From assembly GCA_016748015.1 (NCBI GenBank), contig JAAOMT010000221.1:22648-63553 (forward strand): a DNA stretch of 40,906 nt, written 5' to 3'. Within the stretch, counting starts at the first letter, position 1. Each line of letters begins with the position of its first letter. Shown one piece after another: positions 13,157-24,495 of the stretch. The notes beneath the pieces were generated by a model. It did no database searches. It saw only the letters and a list, made by a program, of their open reading frames with translations, and was not told the origin of the DNA. Source of the DNA: Geosiphon pyriformis uo1 (taxonomy: Eukaryota > Fungi > Glomeromycota). The translations under genes and the position numbers were made by a program.

Positions 13157-15428
13157 CTTTTTGTCTTCTTAATTTTATGATCACAACTAAAACAAAGAGT
13201 AAAAAAGTTGTACCTGATATTTTTTTTAAGATATCTAATAGAATTTTAACCAGAAAAGCTTTTTCTGTCATAGAAGCTACTAGACAAAACATTTAGAAGT
13301 CTTTTTTTTACCCAGTAATTGTGAAAAGCTGTCTTTGGTAATCACTAAAACAATTTTTTTTTCTTTAACTGGTTTTTCACCAGTCAAAGTTCCTTCAAAG
13401 AAACACATTTGAGTTAGTCCCAGTATTGTTTTTACCCCTGCTAAGAGCCCAAAAGTGTTTAATAATAGACCAATTAACAAGTTAGTATTCCTCTCCATAA
13501 TTTCAATATTTAATGCTTCTAGCACTTTTTCTTCAAAGAAAATAGTTAAAAAAACCAAAAGTTCAGAAAAGTAAAAGCAGTTACTTGTTTTTGCTATTGT
13601 TATACCAAACTTTTTTGTGGTTCCAAATAAGATCTTAAATAAGATCTCTGTTGTATTATTTGGCATGTTATCTAAGATAGGCCAAAATTAACCATTGGCT
13701 ATATTGCCAAATATGGTGTTTTCTAACAAATCATTACTGGTTTTAAAAGCAAAGCAACTATTTTCTGTAGTATCACCTGTTTTTGAGAACTGGATTGACC
13801 AAAAGGAAACTGAATCATCTCTTTCTTTGGTTTTTGGTGTTGCCACTGGTGGTGTTTGGAAAATTATTACTAGTTATCAAAGATTTGCTGAGTAGATGGT
13901 CTTTACTCTGATGCTTAATGTTATTTTTAAGATCAAATTGGTTTATATTAAGGCTGTTTTTTAGTCAGTACATGGTTTTTTGGGTGCAAAGTCAGTATCA
14001 AAAAACAATGTGAAGCTGTTTTATGTGGAGTTTGCTTCTCAAGTGTCTTTGGAAGCTGTATTTTTGGTTGAGCTTACAAGCTCTGTATATTTGACTACTC
14101 TTAAAATTGCCAAATCTTTGGTAATTTCTAAGTCTGGTTCTTTTTTTGCTGCTGTTGTGCTATGTAATATGCTCTTGGGTGTGTCTGCTGCTAACATTAA
14201 AACAGCTCTTAATGTGTTTGGTGGTGTCATTTATATTGTGCTGAAGCTTATTGGCATTTGGCAATATGTAGTGGTTTATTTTAAAAAGTTAGACTCTGCT
14301 GTAACTGCTTTAAATTATTGGTCAATCTTGGTGGACAAAAATAATATTAGAATCTTTTTTTTGGTAAATCAAAATGAGACTATTTTGTTTCATAATAAAT
14401 TTAAGACCAAGTTGGTTAATTTTCTTTCTGACTGCATGGTTTTTGAAATTAATGACATGATTTCTCAAGTTGGTGGTCAAACATGTTTTATTCTCTATTT
14501 TCCTAAGTCTGATTATTGTTTTCAGTTTGCTCTGGTTATATTTGGTTCTTAGATTGATTTAAATACTGTGATACTAAAGACTAGTACACTAAAAAATGCC
14601 ATATTTGGTAGAAAACTTCTAGTTGCTGGCATTGTTTTTAGTATTAAGAGATAGACCACTTGACTATGAACTGCAAGATTGCTTTATCTCGCTTTTCTAA
14701 GGCTCTTAAAGTATTTAAACCACATTTAGTTGGTTTTTTGTCTTATATAAAGGCATCTGCTCCTCTTGTTCTTTCTGAGTTTTTTCTTTTGATGGCTTTT
14801 GTTTCTTCTGTGGCTATTAAAAATTCTTTGGTGTTTTTTCGGCTAGTGTTTCTGGAATCTGATTTGGCCAAGCTTTTTGTTTTGGTTGAATCTATTGTTA
14901 AGCCTATTGGCTTTATAATCAAAATTTTTGAACAATTTGTTAATGATGATTTGGTTTTAAGTATAGCTCTTGGCCTTAGAGTTAACAAAGTTATGGTTCA
15001 CATAAGTATCTTTAGCAGAGCTGTTGGTAAGTTGAAGTAGGAAATGGTTGCTCTGAAAACTGAGTGTGGTTTTGAGGACATTAATATGTTTGGCCCTTAT
15101 GTAAGTTTGTCATCTTTTGATAATACTATGTTTTCTAATTTGATATCTTTTTGGAAACATGAATCTGCTGCTGTAAAGGCTAATGTCTTTAACTGAGTGG
15201 TTAGTTAAATTGGTTAATAATAGTGTTATATTGTTTAAAATTATTCAAAAAATGTCTTTTTTGGGTAAGTTTTCTTTTGGTACATCAATGTAGTATAGTT
15301 TAAACTAGCTTGAGTAGCTGGTTATATATAGTAAGTGTGTGAGTCATATTTAGCTCTGGATCACTTAGTTTGGTTCTAATTTCTAGATTGTGGTTGGGCC
15401 ATACTTGTTAAATTCATAAAAAAAAAAA
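13157..15428 (+). mobile_element. ORF1-only non-autonomous LINE derivative (HAL1-like)
   Basis: Decayed ORF from ATG 13177 to TAG 15293, homologous to LINE ORF1 (GIWQYVVVYF, WSILVDK, VGGQTCFI, degenerate CCHC near 14625-14675). It is followed directly by the LINE 3' tail and poly(A), with no ORF2. Confidence 0.8.
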
Positions 15429-16335
15429 TATACAATTGTGTATTTTAATTTAAAAAAAATTTAACTAAAGTATTGGTTATAGTTTCTGTTATAAAAAATA
15501 TTACTTTTTATTGGTTTTATTTGTTTTTAGTTTTCTGTTTAGTCTATAATAAATTTGGTCATATTTTTTTTGAATGCAGTTTAATTAATAATAAATTAAC
15601 ACTAAAAAGAAAAAAAACTTTTTTTTTAACTTTAGATTAGTTTAAATTGACTTAAATTTATTCAAAAAAATCTGTTTTAATTGTCTATTTGGTAGTAAAT
15701 CTGGGCATTTATTGTTGGTAAAACTTTCTTTTAAATATTTTCTGGTATTTTTTTTTTAGTTTAATTTTTTAAATAAAGTTAAATTTTTTTTAATAGTTAT
15801 TAGTAATTTGGATTTATATTTTAATAAAATTAAAAACAATTATATTAGTCTTATAAAACAAATTAGTAAATTGATTAAAATATTATATATATTTATATTA
15901 GAAGTTTTCTAATCTAACTCTAAATATAAGCTGTTAATAATTTTTTTATCACAAAATTAAATAGATAAAATAATAATATAAAAAGATTTAAATACATATA
16001 TTAGCAATAAAATTACTATAAAACTAAGTTTTTTAGTACTTTTAAATATGATTAAGTTAAAAACTTTATTAAAAAATTTGTTTAGTTTAGTTATAAATTT
16101 GTTTACAAAGTTAAATAGTCTGATTTTGACTTAAAATAAATTTTTTTTTAATATTTTAATAACCAATTTTATTTGAAAAATTGTCGAGCCAACAGCATCA
16201 CTGACATTGCGACTCTCTATAATTAGTTTTTCTCTTCTTGTGTTGATGAACGTTTTTTGTTGGCAGATAATGGTATTGTGTCTGGTAATTCTAGACACTT
16301 TGTTCAAGATGTTTTTCGTGCTGTTTGTCGGGCAC

Positions 16336-17200
16336 TGTTACTCATAGAATATAGAAAATATAGTATTATTATTAGTCAGTAGATATTAGCCAATTAAAAA
16401 TAAGCATAGTAAATGTGAGATTCTAAGATTCCTCTCAGGAATTGCAGGATTCCAAGAATTTCAGAATTCCTCTCAAAAGAATCGCAGAATTCCAAGAATT
16501 CCAAGATTTCTGTCGTAAAAAATTGAGAAATTGAAAAATCTCAATTATGTATATATAACAGTAGGATTAGAAGCTGAAAAGACAGATCTCCCAGTTTAGA
16601 TTTAATCTAAGCAACTTTTCAGTTCTCTATCATCAAATAAATAAATATTCCAAATCTCAACTCACTTTCTACTATTAACACTTTATGTTGATAGTAATTA
16701 ATACTTAACCACACTGGAACAATAGCTCTTGATCATAGCTATTAACAAGATACTAATATACTGAATTGCTTTGGCTTATTTTCTCTAATTTCTTTATTTT
16801 ATTTTCTTTATTTTATTTTCTTTATTTTATTTTCTTTCTTTTGGATTTTGTTATGGTATACTAATTGATTAAAAAATTAAAGCACTGAGTTATTGATGTC
16901 AAGGATAGCCTGGTAAAAGACCCAGAAATAAGGGTAAGATTTTATATATTATCAGATAAGCTTACCAGAAAGGCACGACTGCCAGACTAAATCTGGCCAC
17001 CACACTGAGAAAGAAATTGGGAAAACTTTTGGAAAGAAACCTCTACTGTCGACACTATTGAATCTCTGTCCATTATACAAAAGATTCCATCAAAACCTTC
17101 AGATACAATATTGGCAGAACCTCATCTATGGAAATAGCTTTTGAGCACCAAGTTACAAGTTTGTTATTTAATTCAACAGCAAAAATAATCACCTGTAACA
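16336..17200 (+). repeat. 5' LTR (865 bp)
   Basis: TG...CA termini; aligns with 26576-27479; U3 GGA(A)TTCC repeats; TATA-like TATATATAA near 16550. Confidence 0.97.
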
Positions 17201-17202
17201 TT

Positions 17203-17219
17203 TGGTGCTCTCTGTGAGG
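17203..17219 (+). promoter_or_regulatory. Primer-binding site TGGTGCTCTCTGTGAGG
   Basis: Lies 2 nt after the LTR and starts with TGG. It is complementary to a tRNA-like 3' end CCUCACAGAGAGCACCA (elongator Met or Ile-UAU type by resemblance, not verified). Confidence 0.85.
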
Positions 17220-19467
17220 TATAATTCTACAGAGAACCAGCACCAACAAAACACTATCCAAAAGTGGCAGAATCAGAAATAATAGGGACAAACCATTTAG
17301 GATTTGTGAAATCTTTATTTCAACAGTACAGCCAGCAGTTAGGCTTAAACAACAACCATTATCCAGCAGAATCAGCTTTCAACTTCTACGTCAATGAAAG
17401 AATCACTAATTTTCTAGGAAGATCAGTTGACATTGAATTAGCAATAAAAAATTTCTATTCGGAACTAATCCAACACACCAACTTACCAAGAAATCACAGC
17501 TTCACACCTATCATCAGAAAAATCAACCAAGAAATTGAAAGATATACACAAAGGACATTCCCTATTACTTATCAGGACAAAGGCAAAGGAAAACTACAGA
17601 CACCAGCAGTAACACCCAAAGGAATACAAATTTCTAACTGGAAAAAACAAAGAATTGAATCTCTGATATATCTATCATATTATCATATGCCCGAAAGTAC
17701 CATCAACATCACATTAGCAGACGTGTTCACCAGTACAAAGACACTGCTAGCAAGAATTGTATTTCAGAGTAAACAAAAGAAAAACGAACTATTAAGAGCA
17801 TACAGCAATTATTTTGAAGGATTTAAATCAAGATTGCCAACACCATTAGGATTTTGATTACCATCTCATCAGCCAGATTTCAGAACCATCAGTCTCTGGG
17901 AAATTACTGAATTAGAAGAAGAAGAAAACGAAAATCAGGAATTTAATTACCAAAACCTGATCCTAGAAAACCTGAACATTTAAACTTAGCAAGATTTAGA
18001 AGATTCAGAAATCCAAACTCCAAATATTCGAACCCCGCCAAATCAAAGAAATCAAAACCCCGAATTAATTAATCAGCAAAACTTACCTCTGGTAATTGTC
18101 ATTAATCAACCGCCAATTAATTCCATAGCCGAACTCATACAACAGCCATTTTAACTACCACCCCAACAACCAGTACAACAACAACTGCTTCAACAGCCAC
18201 CACAACCACCTAACTTAGATCCAATAGCCTACGCACCAATCGCAAAACTTGACAACTTTACTGGTGAAGAGGATGACACTCAAATATGGCTGAATGATGT
18301 AGAAAAGACCATTGCAGCCAACAGATGAAATGACGCCCGAGCAATACAAGTCATTCCTTACTTTCTCAAGGATACCGCCAATTCATGGTATCAAAGCTTG
18401 GTTAATAAACTACAAGATTTCAATGCCTTCAAAGCGGAATTCCTAAGATACTTCAGCAACAATAACAGCATCAATTGCCTAATCAATACATTCACCACAA
18501 TGAAACAAGGAGAAACTGAAGCAGTCACCACTTATCTGGGACGCTTCCATCAAAACCTACACCAAATTCAAGCAATTAATGCCAATTATTTCACAGCTCC
18601 ACAGATACTCAACCAGTTTATCCGTAGCCTGCACAGCAGCATCTTGTAGCATGTACATCCATTACATTCAGGCACCCTTTAGGATGCAGTCACACACGCC
18701 AGAAATTTTGAATCCACTGAGTCAGAGGCTAACCACACCCAAGCCGTTAATCTAGTAATGAACAGATCATTTGAATTAGATTCCAAATTGGAGAAGTTCA
18801 GTGAATCAATTAATAAGAGATTGGAAGGATACTTAGCTAACAATCACGCCATTTATCAGCCTCCATAATGACGCAACAATCAAGGAAACTCTAATCATGC
18901 CCAAAATCAACCATGTTTATCCTCATCGACCAATCAACAGTGACAACAGGAAATGCGTATCTGTCACTATTGTGGTAAACAAGAACATATCCAAATTGAC
19001 TGTTACCAGTGTTTAAATAACCAACAATTGGGAAATCAATATCGAAACCCTAATCGCCGGTTCTCAACTCCGAATCATCAATCAAACTTAACACAATATC
19101 AAACTGCTTACCTGCCAATGACGCAGCAATCAATTTATCAGCCACCAGTATATCAAGCTCCAATCTATCAACCAACAGCACCAATTTATCAGCCCCAGCC
19201 ATAGGTAATGTATCAACCACAATTGCCAACAATCTATCAACCCCAAACAATTCAAACCCTACCACAAAACTTGCCAGCCAGCGGAGTCCAAAGGCCAAGA
19301 ATCATGCAGCAAAACTGGAGATTGTCAATGGTAGTTCACCAGCCAATCCCCAGCTTCTTCAGTCAAACAGGATCTCGTCAATGGAATTCGGGTGCCGGGA
19401 ATCTCCAAAACCCAAATTTCCAGAACTATATAAGTCTCCTGATTACCCCAGAAGATGCTACACCCAG

Positions 19468-20442
19468 TGTTACCAGATGAAATTAGAGATATTATTTAGC
19501 ATAAAATTATCTTATAATTTCTATTATTAATTAACATATATTATCATTTCAAATTATTACTTATTATATTAGCAAAAATGTCCGAAATTATCATTTAATT
19601 AATAACCCAAATTGTACACAACACAAATGTAACCTAATTACGATGATCAATCATACAATACCCCAAACTATGTAACATTCAAAAGTTTGCCAAAATTTAT
19701 AGAAATTTGCCAAAATAATTGATAGTTCACTGAAATATCTAATAGTTTACAGAAATAACTTGTAGTTTGCCAAAATGTATCTTTAGTTCAGCGAAATTGT
19801 AGAAAATAACAAAGTTCAAGTTCATATAATAGTGTTATGACAAGTTGTATAAAAAAAGAGCTTCTCTCTTCGAGAAAATGTATCTTACTTTAGATTTAAC
19901 AATTGGAATCATCCTTTACACACAAAACGAAATAAATATCAAATAATTCGAAAAATCAAATTCTGAATTATTTCACTTTTGAAATTAACTAATTCCTACA
20001 AAACAGTTTGAAATTGATTAGCTACCAATTTCAGTAAACTGTTAGTGACTCCAGGCTTGGATAGAAAACGTTTTCCTTGACAGAATTTTATTTCTTTTAC
20101 ATTTCTTTTATTTCTTTTCTTTTCTTATTACAATCATTAGGGTAGCCTACAGACGAGATTCCTGTAAAAGAGTTGACTTTCACAGCAAAGTAACTACACA
20201 TTTTAGTGAGCTTCCAGATGAGCAATTTTTGGGAAAGAGTTGACATTTACTACAACATAATTACATAAAGTAACTGGCAAGGAATTGACCATTCCACTTA
20301 TAAGCCCAGCAGTTCAAATTATAAGAGATAATTTGAAGATAAATTCAATTACTGGAGGTTCAACTACTTCCTGAAAATGTGAATTTACAGCAAATCAACA
20401 ACAACAACATTTAAGAAAAGAGACCAAAAACCTCCAGTAACA
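19468..20442 (+). mobile_element. Solo LTR of another family nested in gag (975 bp)
   Basis: TGTTAC...GTAACA termini and TSD CCAG (19464-19467 / 20443-20446). Removing it restores the frame (ATPSNQEPTQKQ). Contains AGTTTGCCAAAAT repeats, a TATA-like GTATAAAA and a 12-bp terminal inverted repeat (20349-20360 / 20429-20440). Confidence 0.9.
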
Positions 20443-22209
20443 CCAGCAACCAGGAACCCACCCAAAAACAACAAACACATACCAGCAATATTCTACCAGC
20501 AACAGTCATCAACAATGAATCACTGGACGCCATTTTTCCATTCGAACTCGAGGAACCGTCAACCATGCCATTATTTAGTGGAGCTGCACTGGAAGAAAAG
20601 CCAATTACTGCCATATACACTGAGACAAAAATTGATGGACATCTCGTCAAACTAATTCTTGACAGTGGTTCAGCAGGCAGTATTATCACATGACAACTCA
20701 TGGATCAATTAGGTTGCTGAGTTGATTGAGCTGCTAGCGCCAGAATCATTATGGCTGATGAAGTGACCAAGACTCCAATTGGTGAAATCGATAACTTGCC
20801 AATTGAAATTAATGGCATCATAGTACCAATTAAAGTACTCATTATGGAAGCCACCCAATACTAAGCTCTAGTTGGTAATGACTGGTTTGTCCAAGACGAA
20901 TGCCACTTTGGACTGGAATATCCAAGAGCTTCAATTCAGCCAGAATGGGCAACACACATGAGTACCAGCAACATGTGGCCACTTTAAGGCTACCAACACT
21001 ATGGCACCACTAATCGACTTTGAGAAAGAAAAACAAAAACCTACCTGAGAAGCCTACCAAGTGTCATGGGCTGATGAAGAGCACAATGAGCTGCCACCAA
21101 TACTCTCTTGGAATGACAATGGAAAAGGAAAGCAAACAAACAAACTTATCTGAGAAACCAATGATCTGACTTAGACTAACAACGAACAAGAAGAAGCCTC
21201 CAGTTGGGAATAGAACAAAGATAAAGGAAAAGAAAAAGAAAAGAAAGAAGGAATGCCACCAACTGCCACCATTTATAATTTCTACACCTACCACACTCCA
21301 CAACAATCCAATTATCAATGGCCAAGACTTGTATGCGTCGATTGTGGCAAGAAACTGTCATCAATGAGCGCATGCTGTGATGACGATAAGGAATACCACA
21401 CCGCAACAAAGTTCTACTGTCGTCCATGTTTACTCGAATGCTTTGAATGACCAAAAAGGCAAGAAAAATGGGATAACCAACCTTGTCTCGCTTGTGGGGA
21501 GACTCTGCTAGATGAAGAGATATGGAACAACATCCCAGAACGTGGAGAAACGTACGACGTGTCATGTCAATACACGATTCTAATAAGTGACTGGGTAAAA
21601 AAAGAAACCCCAATAGAAACAGCTTGGTGAAGAGCCGTGTAGCAACTGGATAGTTGTTCACATAATGATGACGAAATTTGGAGAATGGCAATCACCAAAA
21701 TAGAAGGAGCAACACCAAAAGAAATCAGAACAATTAAAAACAACCCACCTGAGTCCATTGAGCTTGACTGGGACGCAAAGCCAGTCATAAATTTTCTGGA
21801 ACCAGAAGAGTTCTATAAACACTACCAAAACTTGGCACCCATTAGAGAGGAGCAAGAACAACGGCTAGCACAGTTGAATGCAAGACTGTGTTGCCATTGT
21901 TTAATTCCCAATGACTTTGAGTATTGTAATAAATGTGATCTCATTTACAATTCACCACTATGCATAATCTACACAATCCCTGAAGAGGAAAAACCAATCA
22001 ACAGCTGCGCATCAGAATCAGAATCGCCGATCAATCATGATTCAGACTCTGATGATGACAATGAAAACACCGGTTTCAGCTTTATTCAAAATGGCAATGA
22101 CAACAAAAACGATTCAAACTCTAATTTAAACTATGAACAATACATTGCACTGCCAGATCTCTCCAAGGAACAAGAGTTGAAATGGTATAGTGACAATAGG
22201 GAAAGTATT

Positions 22210-22610
22210 ATGCCAGAACATGCGCATGATACTAATGCAGAGTTTGATTTGAAGTATCCAGGAAAAGAGGCCATCAAAGTGAAACCACATTCACACACCT
22301 GCATTGATCTGAAAGTCGCATTAAAAATTCTAGCAACAACAATGGTTCAACTAGCATCTAGGAGTAGTTTAGTGAAAAGAGAGATAAACATCAAAGAAGG
22401 AATAATTGACATGGAATACATAGGAAATATTATTGCTATGCTACAAAATGACTCTGAAAAGGCCTATATTATAGAGCCAAACAAAAAGATAGCACAGGCA
22501 ATATTCCTGCCTCTGGTGAAAATAGTGCAGTTAGTATCAGTGAGAAATAAAGAGGAATTAGGGATAACAGCAAGAGGGATACAAAGATTTGGATCGCCGG
22601 GTAGAATAGA
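22210..22610 (+). pseudogene. dut: Trimeric dUTPase domain within the Gypsy polyprotein
   Basis: Five motifs recognisable: AEFDL, ASRSS, EGIIDMEYIGNI, KIAQAIF, RGIQRFGSPG. Confidence 0.9.
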
Positions 22611-24495
22611 TGTACCAGTTAATATAATGAAGAAAAAAATTGTTGGCCAAGGAGAAATTATCTCAACTGGTTAAGTTATTTCCATTCCACTATATAGCCA
22701 GTATATGCTAGCAATAGAAAGGAAGGAAAAAGACCAAGCACAAATTTTTAAAGCAGAAGCCAGTCTTTGTGAATTAAAAGAAGTTAGACTCATCAATCTC
22801 TACATACCAGTCAAAGATTACAGTCACATCAAAATTCCCATCTACAACAATACAGGAAATGTCATAGAAATACCAACTGGAACTATTATTGGATACTTAA
22901 ACACTAAAATGGAGAATCAACCACCAAATCTCATTTCAGACTTTTCACAACTTTGTAAATATGTCGATATCACATCACAAACAATATAGACAAAATGAAT
23001 GCTATTTGTTCCAACCAGAACAATTGGAACAAATGAACATGGGAAACTTAGATCCACTCCAATATATGCAACTCAAGATGTTACTCAACCAGTTTAATAA
23101 CATCTTTGCCAGTAAAAATGAGTTTGGCTGAACTGACATTATTCAGCATTAGATCAAGACTGGAGATGCAATGCCAATTAAACAAAAAGCATACAGAGTG
23201 CCACCAGTCAGCCATGAGATTATTTGTTAAAAGATAAACCGAATGCTTGACAATGGACTAATTCAGCCATCAATGAGCTTATGGTTGTCACCAGTGGTAT
23301 TCATCCATAAGAAAAATGGAAAAATTCGATTTTGTGTAGACTACAGGAAACTTAATGGTGTAACTCATGAAGACAGTTATCCAACTTCACGAATACAGGA
23401 ATTATTTGATGCTTTTGGTGGGAACAAATGGTTCTTAACATTAGATTTGGACAATGGTTACTGACAAGTAGCCATGAATCTAGCTGATAAAAAGAAGATG
23501 GCATTTACTACTAGAGAAGAGAATTTCAAATTTGAAGTGATGCCATTCGGCTTAATCAATGCCCCAGCAACTTTCCAACAATTAATGGAAATTGTTTATA
23601 TTGGCTTATTGTGGAAATCAGTAGTTGTATACTTGGACAACACCAATGTATTCTCAAAAACGTTTGATGATCATCTTCATCATCTTCAACAAGTATTTAA
23701 AAGACTAAAAAAAGCAGGACTAAAGTTAAATGCAACAAAGTGCTTCTTCAGCAAGACAAAACTAAAATTCTTAGGACACATAGTCAGCAAAAACGGCATC
23801 AAAACAGATCTGGAGAAAATAGAGATAGTAAAAAACTTTCTAGTGCTAACCAATATAACAGAACTGAAATCATTCTTGGGATTCACTAGCTACTATCAAC
23901 ATTTTATCAAGAACTTTTCCAAAATAGTGCAGCCACTCAGCCAATTGCAAACCAAGAATACTAAATATGAATGGGCAGAAAGTCAACAAGAAGCTTTTGA
24001 CATTTTGAAAAAAAAGCTTATTCAAGCTTTAGTACTGATTTATCCAGATTACAGCAAACCATTCATCATCACCACTGATGCATCCGGCCAAGCATTGGGA
24101 GCAGTATTATCTCAGAGAGAACCAGATGGCAAAGAACATCTAGTAGCATATGCCAGCAGAGGTTTAACGCCAGCCAAAAAGAACTATAGAACACCAGAAC
24201 AAAAACACTTAGCAATATACTGGGCAGTCATAAAATGGAGAAAATACTTAAGCCAGAAGTTTGAAGTATACACAGACCACAAGGGATTAACATCACTCCA
24301 AAAACAAGAATTTGGAGATGGAAGACAGTCAAGATAGAAAATGGCACTTACACTATATAATTATACTATACATTACAAAAAAGGAAAAAACAATAGAAAT
24401 GCTGATGGTTTGTCGTGAACAAGACAAATTTAAGAACATTTTAACACAAAAATATAACAAAACCAGAACAATACCAACAAAAAATACAACAAAAG

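Larger units (their letters stand above)
17264..24432 (+). pseudogene. Gypsy gag-protease-dUTPase-RT-RNase H polyprotein (interrupted by solo LTR, stops and frameshifts)
   Basis: Capsid-like FTGEEDD..WL / KQGETEAVTTYLGRF; CHYCGKQEHIQIDC knuckle; ILDSGSAG at 20655-20678; RFCVDYRKLN; MPFGLINAPATFQ; YLDN at 23630-23641; FLGH; TDASG; YASR; YTDH; NADGLS. Confidence 0.93.

Noticed and set aside
16413-16520. CRISPR-like repeat array
   Set aside because: Short degenerate repeats without unique spacers, inside an LTR U3, with no cas genes.
23474-24337. Active reverse transcriptase gene
   Set aside because: Catalytic YLDD is mutated to YLDN and the ORF is bounded by premature stops.
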